Of a stretch of 64,000 nt of DNA, positions 26,986 to 37,854 are shown piece by piece. A program made the translations under genes and the position numbers. The stretch is from Saccostrea echinata (lineage: Eukaryota). The notes below the pieces were generated by a model, which was given only the letters and a program-made list of their open reading frames with translations, did not search any database and was not told where the DNA came from. Where the stretch lies: contig NW_026889750.1 of NCBI RefSeq assembly GCF_033153115.1, forward strand, positions 17,980,001 through 18,044,000, read 5' to 3'. Position 1 is the stretch's first letter. Every line of letters starts with the position of its first letter.

Positions 26986-27519
26986 TGCTGGAGTGACCTT
27001 GATGACGTCATATTATCTATGCAAATACAAATGTACATCTACAATGGTCAACAACATATACTGACACGCAAAAGAAACGCAGCATCCTATTTTGGAGAAA
27101 AGATGCATACATATCAAGGTATAATTTTGTACATTAAAAAGGGATAGTTCTCACCATTGCATAGTCGGTTATTTTACGGCTGAATGAGTTTCATCCCATT
27201 TCCGGACCAAAATCCGAACCCAAATTAACGGAAATTTTAAATCGAACGTTTAACAAAATATTGACTAAATATTACGAACAGAGTTGTTTCTGTTCGACAC
27301 AGTTCAGTGATTTTGACCGAGATTGACAAAGAAGTGTTCACAGCTCTGTAAAGGTGTGGTATAAATGTATCGATGGATATGGACATCCACAAGATTGGAC
27401 ATGGTGTCCTTTTGGTAAAAAAAAAATGGAATTGGAAGGTCTTGCATGTATCATTTTTAGTCGATGGCATGTTCTGAGCAAGGTTCTTCTTTGTTTGATG
27501 CCAAATGTTTCACATGAAA

Positions 27520-29100
27520 TATAGAGATAACGAACAGTATTCAAGCTCAGAGTCCATTTAAACAATACAAATCGGGAGCAAAGCAAACACGGTCCTCCAA
27601 AACATCAGAGGTGGGATCAGGTGCCATGGAGGAGTGAGCATCCCCTGCCGACCGGTCACACCTGCCGTGTGCTCCTTGTCATAATAAGTAAATAACAGAA
27701 AAATCCGTCGACAATTCGATGTGTACATAATGGCGTAACAATTAATATGAAAAACGTCAGTCAGCATATGACTTAATGATAGATTGTTTTGCTGACAAGG
27801 TCATTGTATCACGACCATAGAACATACGAAATGATGACTTTAAACGAGACTGTTGATATCCTTGTTTTATCAACTTGTTTGTCAATAGCTTGCTTCTTTT
27901 AAGAAGTTGTTAATACGTAGAGCATGCTCTTGCGTATCGAATCAATTGACAGATATAAATCCCATTTGGTCGCCCGCGTGGCGCAGAGGTTAGAGCGTTT
28001 GCTCTAGAGTCGCAGGGTAAGGAGCTGATCCTTACGTCGCGGGTTCGAATCCCACTGTGGGACATGGGGACCGGTCCTTTGGACGAGACCGTATAAACCG
28101 AGGCCCCGTGTTGCAGTAGGAGCTGGCACGAAAAAGATCCCTCACTGGTCAATGGCCCTGAGTGCCGAGTATAGATCAAAATTTGCAGCTCTCCACCGGC
28201 AAGTGGGGGCGTCTCCATATGAGTGAAAAATTCTCGAGAGGAACGTTAAACAACAAACAAACAAACAAAATCCCATTTGCAGGTGATAAGGGTATATAGC
28301 TGCAAAAGTAAGGGAAGTTGACGATTGAAAAGTTAAAGTCATCACATTTAATTATCATAAAGCTTTGTTGTTAGATTACCATTAACGTCTTTTTCTAGTT
28401 AAATATCCAAATATGAAACAGATGTGTCAGACTGTGGTATCTTTTATTTCAAGCTCACTGGGATATACCGTGTCGACATAATTATGAATGGAAATAACTA
28501 TTGTTGTTTGATAATAAGTCGTTTTATGATTTCAAATTTTCCAAAAGTTGCTTGGAATTTTTAAGTATCCACATCTGATTTACACCACTTCTCGATTATA
28601 TTCAGTACTCCTGAAGTTTCTCCTCCATTGCTGTTAGTATTTTAGTGAGGAGTCAAGAAAGAGGCTTGGTAGAACATTTACTGGAACCCGCTATGTATCT
28701 TTGTTTGTAAGGATTTTTATGAAGTTTCGGAATCCAATAAAAATATGGTAATTCAAATTCGTTTTGGTTGTTAGGAATATTTAAAATATTCAAAATTGAC
28801 TTATGAAAATCAGGACTGTTTCCTGACACGGAAGGCTAGAAACTACATTGTGTTATAGAAACTCAGTTGTGCATTTTGAATTATGGCACTGCATCGAGTT
28901 CTGTTGAAATACAAATTATTTGCTGGCGTCTATTTCGCAAGCACCCACAGTAGTAAGATTTTTCAGGATCTACTGTTGATGAAAGGTGAAGCTAGATAAG
29001 GAACTGTATGGGTCTGATTTTAAATTCGTTTGAACGATTTCAAAATCATTGGTTTAAAACACCATTAATCAAAACATTACATTGATTTTAACAAAACTGA
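27520..29100 (-). mobile_element. Decayed Penelope-like retroelement interrupted by a SINE
   Basis: Minus strand reads YWIPKLHKNPYKQRYIAGSSKCSTKPLS (~28660-28745) and DDFNFSIVNFPY..IPLSPANG|IYICQLIRYARACS across the SINE. These are Penelope RT-type motifs. The upstream boundary is uncertain. Confidence 0.8.
27969..28267 (+). mobile_element. tRNA-derived SINE with 12-bp target site duplication
   Basis: A box tggcgcagaggttag, B box ggttcgaatcc, (aaac)n tail; aaatcccatttg at 27957 and 28268. Confidence 0.9.
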
Positions 29101-29557
29101 AAACATCTGAGGTTGATATATAAAGAAGACCTATGCTCAGAACATGCCATTGACTAAAATGATACTTGGAAGGCTTTCGAGCGGAAGTGGTCCACAATTT
29201 TATAAACCATTCTTTGAAAAAAAAAATCATATCTTTTGTTTGTGTCTTTGGCAAGAAGCGTTTCATTCAAAATTGCGCATTTAATTTTTTTTTTAAAAAG
29301 CATGTTATATTTGAAAGTTTCTGAGTTTCGAAAATTACAAGTTAAAATGATATGTTGCATATCAGCTTCTATGGACAAATATGTAGCATATAATAGGAAG
29401 AAATATACCACCAAATAAATCATTAGTAATGTTAAATGTGTTATATTTCCATTTAAAACATTTCATTATACCTCTCTGATGACAACTTCCATTTTTAAAA
29501 GGAATCAATACACCAACCAGTTTGAATCTAAAAATAGATGAAAAGAATAAAGGAATA

Positions 29558-32500
29558 ATGGCGACTTCGTCCGTAATCGAGAAACTTCCTCTTCATTCTG
29601 CAGCTAAAGAAAATGACCTAGTTAAACTCAAGCAACTCTTACTCGATGGAAATTCTCATACAGTTAATCTTCGGGATCAGCGCGGTAGGACGCCACTTCA
29701 CTGTCTTTTAGATTCCCCTGCCTTTACTGATTTGGACGAAGTAAAGAGAGGAATTCAAATCCTGTTAGACAACGGAGCGGATATCAACATCCAAAACAAA
29801 CATGGAGAGACGCCTCTTCATACAGTGGTTCAGATCTATTTGGAATTTATTCCAGAAATTATTCGGTATGTATTGACTCATAGCCAAAGTTACGTGATGG
29901 AGGCACAGGATGAGGACGGATACTCATTATTTCACTTGTTTATGTCCGACTTCAGTGACCATGTCAAAGAAAACAAAATATACCATCAAATATTGAAAGA
30001 AAAAGAAGAATTTATTCAAGCATTACTTCGGGGAGAAATTCTGAAATTTAATTTTTCTGCGCTTTTAAATCAAAAAGAGCGCAATGGGTATTCGGCATTC
30101 TACACCTATATTGGAAATTCTACCTGTGCCACAGATACTGTACAATTAATGATCAGTTGCGGAGCTGATGTAAACACTTCTTCTGAAATAGGAACCACAC
30201 CCCTTATGGAGTCGGTGTTAAGAAGACGGAGGGATATTGTAGAAATTCTTCTAAAGGCAGGAGCAAACCCAAACCAAACAGACATATTCGGCCAAAGTTG
30301 CATTTTTCGTGTCTATACTAACGATTGTTTTGACTTGCTGAATCAATATGGCGCCAATTTCAAAATAAAAGATAAATTTGGAAGAAGCCCGATTACAAAT
30401 GTTGAACTTTACATTTCAGAAGACCTACCTCATTCAAACATTGTCCTCTCGCAAAACTTTTCTAAATATCCACCTTTATATGAGAAGTTTCTAGAAGTTG
30501 GAATGAATTCCAACGAAGTTGACAAGCATGGTTCTTCTCTTCTTCACTATGGTGCATGGCATGGAGATTCCAGAATGATCAAAGCTTTAATAGAGCATGG
30601 TTCAGATTTGAATATTTTGGATAACAGTGGCAACACACCTTTGGATTTAGCAAAGCATGTGAGAAATGAGAATGTTTATAGCTTATTTGGTGAAACAAAT
30701 GAGGAGGTTAATCAAAATAACAATGAAACAAAATATTGTAGATTTATCATAAATGAAGCTGAAACAAACAAAATGGAGACTGTGCTGAATGAGTATTTAG
30801 GAATCAATGATGATCCCGCTTGCCTGGTGATGTCACTAGTGAAATCTCCGAGGTTAGGAATGACGGAAATAAGACCAGAAGTTAGAGAAATTAAAGCAGA
30901 AGTAACATGCCTAATGCAAAGAATAGCAAGTGTTGTTGGAAGATTGAATCCACTTTTTTCCTGTACAGTTTATCCAACAGGTAGTTCGTCAGAGGGTACA
31001 AAAGTAGGAGACCCAGACGAATTCGATTTTGTGTTCTGCTTGGAGGAATTTTCAAAATATTGCGTTCCGCATCAAGATGATGATATTTTAAATAGTGGGT
31101 TTGTAAGTTTGAAGATTCAGTCAGGAGAAGGTATGGAAAAGTTTGAAGCATTTCTTGATGAATCAACTCTTTCAGCAGAACTTGATCGCGGAACCTTCCA
31201 AGATTTGATTACTTCTGCTCTTAACACCCCGGATATTTGGACATCCAAACACTTGTATTTCGATGGTCTTCTTGGGTATCCCATGGATAAACCAGTTTTA
31301 AAGTTAGAACTCCATTGGTTTGGTCCCATTATGAAGCACGTAAGAGTCAGTGTAGATATTGTCCCTGCTGTTGAGATAAAGCATTGGAAACCCATTGAAT
31401 TAACTGACAAAAAGGTTGCGTGTTCTATTGAGGACCAGTATTTGTTACTATTCCATTCACCAGAACGCTGTCAATGGGACGACAAAGACGATGAGCATTT
31501 AGTGAGAATTTCTAGCTCTCTGATGGAAAAATGCTTTCTAAAAAGTCTTCCTAAGATCTGTACTGAAAGTTACGCGACAGCGAAAATTCTAAAAAGCATC
31601 AATTTTCCCCCTAAGGTTCAGTTCAATGAGGAGGTAGATATGGAAAAGATAACAACATCAGAATTAAGATTGCTGCAGCAGACAGATTCAACTTCGACCA
31701 GTGAATTGGAAGGTCAACATAAAAAAGAGAAGGAAAACAATGTGAGCGACAATGATTATGATAATGAAGGTATGCAAAACAAACAACCGTCTAATCAAGT
31801 TCTGACAGTTCAAGTTTCACAGGACATTTCGAATGCTGAAGAGCAATCTGTGAGTATTGTGAATAAAGCACAAACCTTTGACAACAACCCTGTCCTACCA
31901 TGGATGATGGATATTGATGAAACTTATAAGGTACGAAAGATATTTACACCAAAAGAAAACAATAAATCGAAGAAAAAAGTATATTTAGATGAACAAATGG
32001 GAATGACCTGTACAACGTCAGTTTTTGAAAAAGACAGACATAAATTGATTTGTTTCAAACCCATGGAATGTGGGCAGGATTCAAATAATCTGAATAATCA
32101 TGTTATACAATCGGAAGAAAAACAGGTGGGTGGACAGTCAACATACAGTCTCAACACAGAACAAGACCGTGATTTAAAGCTCGACTTAGGTTTTCCTGAT
32201 AAGAACATCGGCAAAAATATCGATCGTAATGGCAGCACTGAAGACAATACAAATGATAGCATCAAAAGTACAAATGATAATACTGACGAAGAAGACGTAG
32301 ATAGCGAGGAAGGTTCTGAGGACATGGAAGATGATTCGTCATGTGAAACTGAGTGGGAAGGAGGTGATGTCGCATATGCGTCAGATGAAATTTCGAGCTA
32401 CATGTTGAAAATGTGTTTATTTCATGTTGTACATGAAGTAAAAAACAAAACCGGTGATATGCCTACTTTTACTCTTTTGGAACTGACCATAAAGATTTAC

Positions 32501-32722
32501 GAGAAGCTGCTGACATTCGCTAAGGAAGGCCGTTTGCCTTCTTTTTTTCTTCCTTTTCTTGACGTTTTCACATACGTTAACACTTATATAAAAGTAATAC
32601 CAGAAGAAGATTTAGAAACTCTAACTAAGCAACAGTGTTCACGAATTCAAGCCTTCTGTAAGGTTATTCTTGGAATACTTAAGCAAAACCGTGCAGGCGA
32701 AGTTACATTGTACCATAGGTAA
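29558..32722 (+). CDS. Ankyrin-repeat + cGAS-like (Mab-21/cGLR) nucleotidyltransferase, copy 2, intact single ORF of 1054 aa
   Basis: ATG at 29558 aligns with the starts of copies 1 and 3. About 10 ANK repeats (GRTPLH, GETPLH, GTTPLM, GSSLLH, GNTPLD); NTase signature GSSSEGTKVGDPDEFD; third Asp in VSVDIVPA; Mab-21 motifs VRISSSLMEK, ISSYMLKMCLFH, LPSFFLP. Confidence 0.92.
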   Translation: MATSSVIEKLPLHSAAKENDLVKLKQLLLDGNSHTVNLRDQRGRTPLHCLLDSPAFTDLDEVKRGIQILLDNGADINIQNKHGETPLHTVVQIYLEFIPEIIRYVLTHSQSYVMEAQDEDGYSLFHLFMSDFSDHVKENKIYHQILKEKEEFIQALLRGEILKFNFSALLNQKERNGYSAFYTYIGNSTCATDTVQLMISCGADVNTSSEIGTTPLMESVLRRRRDIVEILLKAGANPNQTDIFGQSCIFRVYTNDCFDLLNQYGANFKIKDKFGRSPITNVELYISEDLPHSNIVLSQNFSKYPPLYEKFLEVGMNSNEVDKHGSSLLHYGAWHGDSRMIKALIEHGSDLNILDNSGNTPLDLAKHVRNENVYSLFGETNEEVNQNNNETKYCRFIINEAETNKMETVLNEYLGINDDPACLVMSLVKSPRLGMTEIRPEVREIKAEVTCLMQRIASVVGRLNPLFSCTVYPTGSSSEGTKVGDPDEFDFVFCLEEFSKYCVPHQDDDILNSGFVSLKIQSGEGMEKFEAFLDESTLSAELDRGTFQDLITSALNTPDIWTSKHLYFDGLLGYPMDKPVLKLELHWFGPIMKHVRVSVDIVPAVEIKHWKPIELTDKKVACSIEDQYLLLFHSPERCQWDDKDDEHLVRISSSLMEKCFLKSLPKICTESYATAKILKSINFPPKVQFNEEVDMEKITTSELRLLQQTDSTSTSELEGQHKKEKENNVSDNDYDNEGMQNKQPSNQVLTVQVSQDISNAEEQSVSIVNKAQTFDNNPVLPWMMDIDETYKVRKIFTPKENNKSKKKVYLDEQMGMTCTTSVFEKDRHKLICFKPMECGQDSNNLNNHVIQSEEKQVGGQSTYSLNTEQDRDLKLDLGFPDKNIGKNIDRNGSTEDNTNDSIKSTNDNTDEEDVDSEEGSEDMEDDSSCETEWEGGDVAYASDEISSYMLKMCLFHVVHEVKNKTGDMPTFTLLELTIKIYEKLLTFAKEGRLPSFFLPFLDVFTYVNTYIKVIPEEDLETLTKQQCSRIQAFCKVILGILKQNRAGEVTLYHR

Positions 32723-35700
32723 TAGGTGTTGTGTAATATTTTTAAAAAGGACTACGAGCTCCACCTTTATGTATAATTTATATCTTCCGTTGTGTAAACA
32801 ACCCTTTATGTATGAAAGAGTATGTTTAATGAGAAAGTGTCAATTTCAAATTTAAATTTCATTTTTTCCCCATTTCATTGCACAATGCACATGATTTTCT
32901 TTTAAAAAATTCACATTGTGATGTACATCCTGTCAGGAAATAATGGATCATAAATTTTGTGAATCATAAATTGATACAACAAACTCTATTATGACCATTG
33001 ATCAGTGTACAGTAGACAACAGCGAATGTCGTTACAATTTCTGAAAAAGAACAATTGATATAAAACACGTGCACCTTTCTTAAAATTTACTTGAGTATCA
33101 GTGTTCAATAGATGTATAAATACTTTTTAATTTTTTTAAAGTCGTCCAACACAAGATCAATCCTTCTAATTTTTTTTTCAATGAGATGCTAGTATTGCAC
33201 CAAAAATTTCTTGAAATACAAATGGATTGTGACACACAATTAAAACATTGGATTTTTTTAAATTTAATTTAGTCATGTAAGCACTGTAATAATGTAGCAA
33301 CTGCTTAAATTATTACTAATTTTCACATTGGAAAAGATTAGATCTGCTTTAGATAAGTTGTTATTTGCTGTTTGTTTAATACATGACCAGTAGATTGGAG
33401 AGAAAAATAGACCCACAGTCTCTTTCAGGATTATGAATTAAGAAATTAATATTGAATTATAATTTAAAAATCACGAATTACAAGCAGGAATATTATAATA
33501 CCGCAAAGCTGTCTGTTCTTTGACATAACTCAGAAAATTAGGTATTTTTTTCTGATAATATGACTCTCTGTCCTCCTTATCTCTTCATTTCTTTTCACTG
33601 TTTGTGATTTTCTGTTACACATTTTACATGTACTTCTGAAAAGTTTGTACAATAATATACATTATGCTCTTTTGTACTCAGTGCACCATTAATTTGGTTT
33701 AAATGGTTAAACTGAACTGAAATGGATTAAGGAAATCAACTTTGCTGATACATGTATTCAAAAAACACACATAGCCATTCATTCCCATGCTACCTGTAGG
33801 TACATGCACATGTACAGTTTTTGGAAATCGCTCTCGAAGCTTATCCGGGAATGGCAAGCCATGTACTCAATAGCAAATATGAACGCAATAAGGTTAACCA
33901 TTCTTTCTAAAAGTAAACAAATTCTCCTGAAATTTATGCTTTTAAGGACAGATGATACAAACAAAAAAGTGGATGCATAGATAGATATATATTCTTTGGA
34001 CCTATTTTGGTAGATGATGCAAATATCAAATTTCTAAAATATTAAAGAATCGTTAACTTTCTATGATGTTCAAAATTCTACCTTAATTTCTGAATCACCC
34101 CTATAAATCTGTACAACGTTTTATCGATTTATAGGACACTATTGCGAAATTTCGAATGAAAATTGAAAATTTATTCGGTTAAACTGAAACGATATACTTA
34201 TATAAATATGACTTTAGTTGTTATTTTTATGATTTTTGGAATAGTTTGTATCATCTGTACTTAAATTAAAACTTTTTCTGACCCAGGACCTGTTATCATA
34301 GCGGACCTTTTCTCAAAGGGTCGTACCTTTTCTTACAAAAGTCAGACCTTAAAGATTATTACATCTAGGTCTCACTCAACTGTTGATTTTTAGAATGGAC
34401 AGGTTTTTTTCAAAAAAAAAAAAAAAGAAAGAAAAAGAATGGACAGTTACAACAAAAAGATTCGAGAGTTACAGGTAGAGTTTGGAATGTACCCAAGAGG
34501 GAAACAAAATCAAATACAATAAATACGCGTATTTAATTTACATGTAAATAACAAAAAAGAACATGGAGATCTTGGTTAATCCAGAACACAATATTTGCAC
34601 AGCATCCTTATAATTTCACACTTTTAAATTCATGAATGATACAAACTATTTGAAAACTTAAAACTCAATTTTCACTCATAATTTAAATGATAATCAAAAT
34701 TTCAGAAACATCATTTCGTCGGGAAAAAAAATCATTTTAAGATGGAAGTACTGCTAATATTAAGTCCAACACGCAGAACACAGTTTGCATCATGAACATC
34801 ACACTGCTGCAGTTACTATTTCCTTAGAAAATAATTAAAATTGAAACATTTCCAGACTTGATTCGAATTTGGTTATCAGTATTTCTTTGGAAAGGAAATA
34901 AGTTTTCAGGTCGAGGTTCGGCTCATCCAACACTCAAAACACAATCTGCACCCCTGTAGTCAATATATGTCCTCAAAAATTGAATTGAAATGAAACATTT
35001 CCAAATTTGATCTTTCTTCCTGTTACATGTACATTTGGTGCCATGTCCTGGAAATGACATGCAGAATAGTTACCTTTTGGGTATAGATGCAACGTCAGGA
35101 ATTGCTACTGAACGTTATAACGTCAAACCGGCGTCGAAATGGTAGTTTTTGACGTGCGATGACTAAGATATGTATTTAGAGAATAATTAATCATATTAAA
35201 GAAATGATAATTTGTGGAAAAACCTTGGGTAAATTTTTTTTTTCATTAAAGCAGTTCATCGAGAAGAATTGTTGCTAATTTTCTATCATTGTGTTTTCTA
35301 TTCCATGTGAAGTCACGCTTTATATGAAAACTCTACCATTGCATAGATTTAAAAAAAATTAACCTCATTTGTATATGATAATTCTTTCATGATTATTTAA
35401 AAAAAAAATCGACAGAAAATTAAAGGCGACTTAAGGAAAAAGAGACGTATTGATCGAAATTAAGTTTGAAGGGTACAGAAATACGTAAATAAATTAAAAA
35501 CGTACAACCCCGCATTGTAAGAACGTCAGATGTCATTTTGGCAAGCTAGAAGACCTTCTGCAAGACATCTTCATTTTTTTGTAATTTTCTTTTCAACTTA
35601 TAAGATCTGGTGAAACATACACTTACGGAAAGTAATTTTTAAGTAATTTCCACTGATATTAATTTTTCCTTTTGAATTCGGAATAAATTAATAAGCTATT

Positions 35701-35994
35701 AACTAATACATAATTGACATGACGTTATTTGCGCATTTGACATTTTTGCAGGGCACGGAAGATAAATAGTAAAATAGTAAAATATCCAATTATGAAACAG
35801 ATGTGTCAGACTCTATGGTATCTTTTATATCAAGCTCACTGGGATATATCGAATGCTATAAAATTATATATCCTGATCCTCCTCTAACTCCTCCTTCCAT
35901 GTGTACCTACCCTTTGGTGAGCACAGTGCAACAGACGGTCTAGTTAACGTAAGAGTTATATGTATACATTATTTGACTTAACTCTCCCGCTAAA

Positions 35995-36250
35995 ACGATT
36001 AAGGAAACGACACTTCACTGTCTTTTTGATTCACATACCTATACTAAAGAAAAGAATTCAAATCCCTTTAGAAAAGCGGGGCAGATGCCAAACAAACATA
36101 CAACACGAGACGCCTATTCACATGGTGGTACGCAACTACCTAGAAGTATTAACTCATATGGCATGGAGACACGGAATGAGGCCGTGAGTACTCATTATTT
36201 GACTTGTTAATGTCTTACTTTAGTGACCATGTCAAAGAAACAAAATAATT
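35995..36250 (+). pseudogene. Decayed 5' fragment of a fourth ankyrin-cGLR paralogue
   Basis: cacttcactgtcttt, gaattcaaatcc, gagacgcctattca, aactacctagaa, tactcattattt and agtgaccatgtcaaagaaa match copies 2/3 in order. The ORF contains RIQI..ETPIHMVVRNYLE. Confidence 0.75.
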
Positions 36251-36804
36251 CATATCAAGGTTTCCACCTGCAACTACACTTTGAACTTCTTTTCAGACAC
36301 CGGTGGGTTTAATATCTTATGTGCCCTCTTTCTCAGTTGCCATATTGACTGCATTCATGTTTGCTGATTTGTGCGTTCTATATCTCTTTTCTACGCATTT
36401 TTTGGATTTCTTATATAAGGTTATCATAAACTTTCCCATGATAGTAATGATGATAATCAAAATTGGTTTCATTCTGGTTTTAAAGAAAGGTGTATGGTAT
36501 TTATAATCCATATTATAATATTTTGTCGCACATTTTTCATACATTATTTATTTATGAGTCTGTTCCTCCTTTGACGATTTTTAAAAGAATAGTATACATA
36601 AAAAACTTTCTTTTAAGCTCAAGATTAGATTTTTTTTCAAATCTAATTCTTTCCGAGAGTATGGCGTCTACAATGTCATTTGAAAGGATGGCAATCAAAG
36701 GCAACCTTTTTTTCCGGTAAACTGCAACACATACCACCTTGTTCAACCTTAACCTTAATTTCTATTTCATTATTCAATACTCCAAAATTATTTAATATTA
36801 TAGC

Positions 36805-37215
36805 ATGTTAGCCTTGTGGTAGGACGCTCACTCCGTGATTGGGATGTTCCGGTTCTATTCTCGTTGCCGGCGCAGCATCAAACCTAAAATGTTTAAACAT
36901 TAGATAGTATCTGTTTCTATTTGTATCGTTTCATTAGACTTTCGAGATTGAATACTCTTTGTTATCTTCATATTTCATTTCTTCACCAAGCTCCCGGTAT
37001 AAGAACTGAAAGACACGGGTTTGTGAGGTACGTATTATCTGAAAATTGTAGGTCCTGTGTCACAGTAGGAGTTGGCATGATAAAGAACTCTCGCTACTCA
37101 ATGCCACTGGGTGCCAAGTAAAGGTCTAAATTTGAAGCCCTTCATCGGTGTTTGGTCACTTTTCATAAAAGGGAAAAAATCTCACAAGGAACACAAACAT
37201 TAATCAATCAATCGT
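36805..37215 (+). mobile_element. Old SINE-like remnant
   Basis: Eroded tRNA-like head; 3' part (gtaggagttggcatg, gtgccaagt..aggtctaaattt, aatc tail) resembles the other SINE copies. Confidence 0.45.
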
Positions 37216-37342
37216 CGAGTAGAATAAGGTTTTAACAAAATTCAAGGTTGCTTTTACAGTTCTCTTCATCATAAAATAACCATAATTGAAATATAGTATA
37301 ACCTCATACATGAATAAATCTTATTCATTGTAAATGAAATAT

Positions 37343-37610
37343 ATGGAGATAACGAACAGTAATCGAGCTCAAAAGTCCATTAAACAATACAAAATAGGAG
37401 CAGAGCAAACACGGACCTCCAAACATCAGAGGTGGGATCAGGTGCCATGGAGGAGTGAGCATCCCCTGCCGACCGGTCACACCCGCCGTGTGCTCCTTGT
37501 CATGATCGGGAAATAACGGAAAAATCCGTCGACAATTCAGTGTGTAAACAATGGCCTAACAATTAGTATGAAAAACGTCAGTAAGCATTTGACTCAATGA
37601 TAAATTGTAT
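37343..37610 (-). repeat. Penelope-associated terminal segment, homologous to 27520-27790; short third copy at 42690-42755
   Basis: Near-identical aacatcagaggtgggatcaggtgccatggaggagtgagcatcccctgccgaccggtcacac. Confidence 0.8.
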
Positions 37611-37854
37611 TTGTATTGTATTATAAATTTGTAATTGTATTTTTAAAGCTAATCAATTTACATTTTATTATTAACAGATATCTTCTATCGCATTTCGATG
37701 TTTATCCCATCAGAATTATAACTGAAAGACCTCACCGTATTTCCATATGCACCGTACATGATAAAGGTGAAGTGCACTCTAACTGTTCATAGCCGAAGTT
37801 GTTATCAAAGGTTGTTTCACTGTATTACAGGTACAATTCACAAATTGGGGAATC

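Noticed and set aside
27520-27800. Hammerhead ribozyme in the Penelope end
   Set aside because: No CUGAnGA/GAAA core with stems found by eye; an Infernal search would be decisive.
27969-28055. Functional or amber-suppressor tRNA (tCTAg at the anticodon position) rescuing the copy 1 stop
   Set aside because: It has a SINE body, tail and target duplication with poor stems, and the copy 1 stop is TAA, not TAG.
29522-29557. 12-aa N-terminal extension of copy 2
   Set aside because: Starts at TTG; paralogues align from the ATG at 29558.
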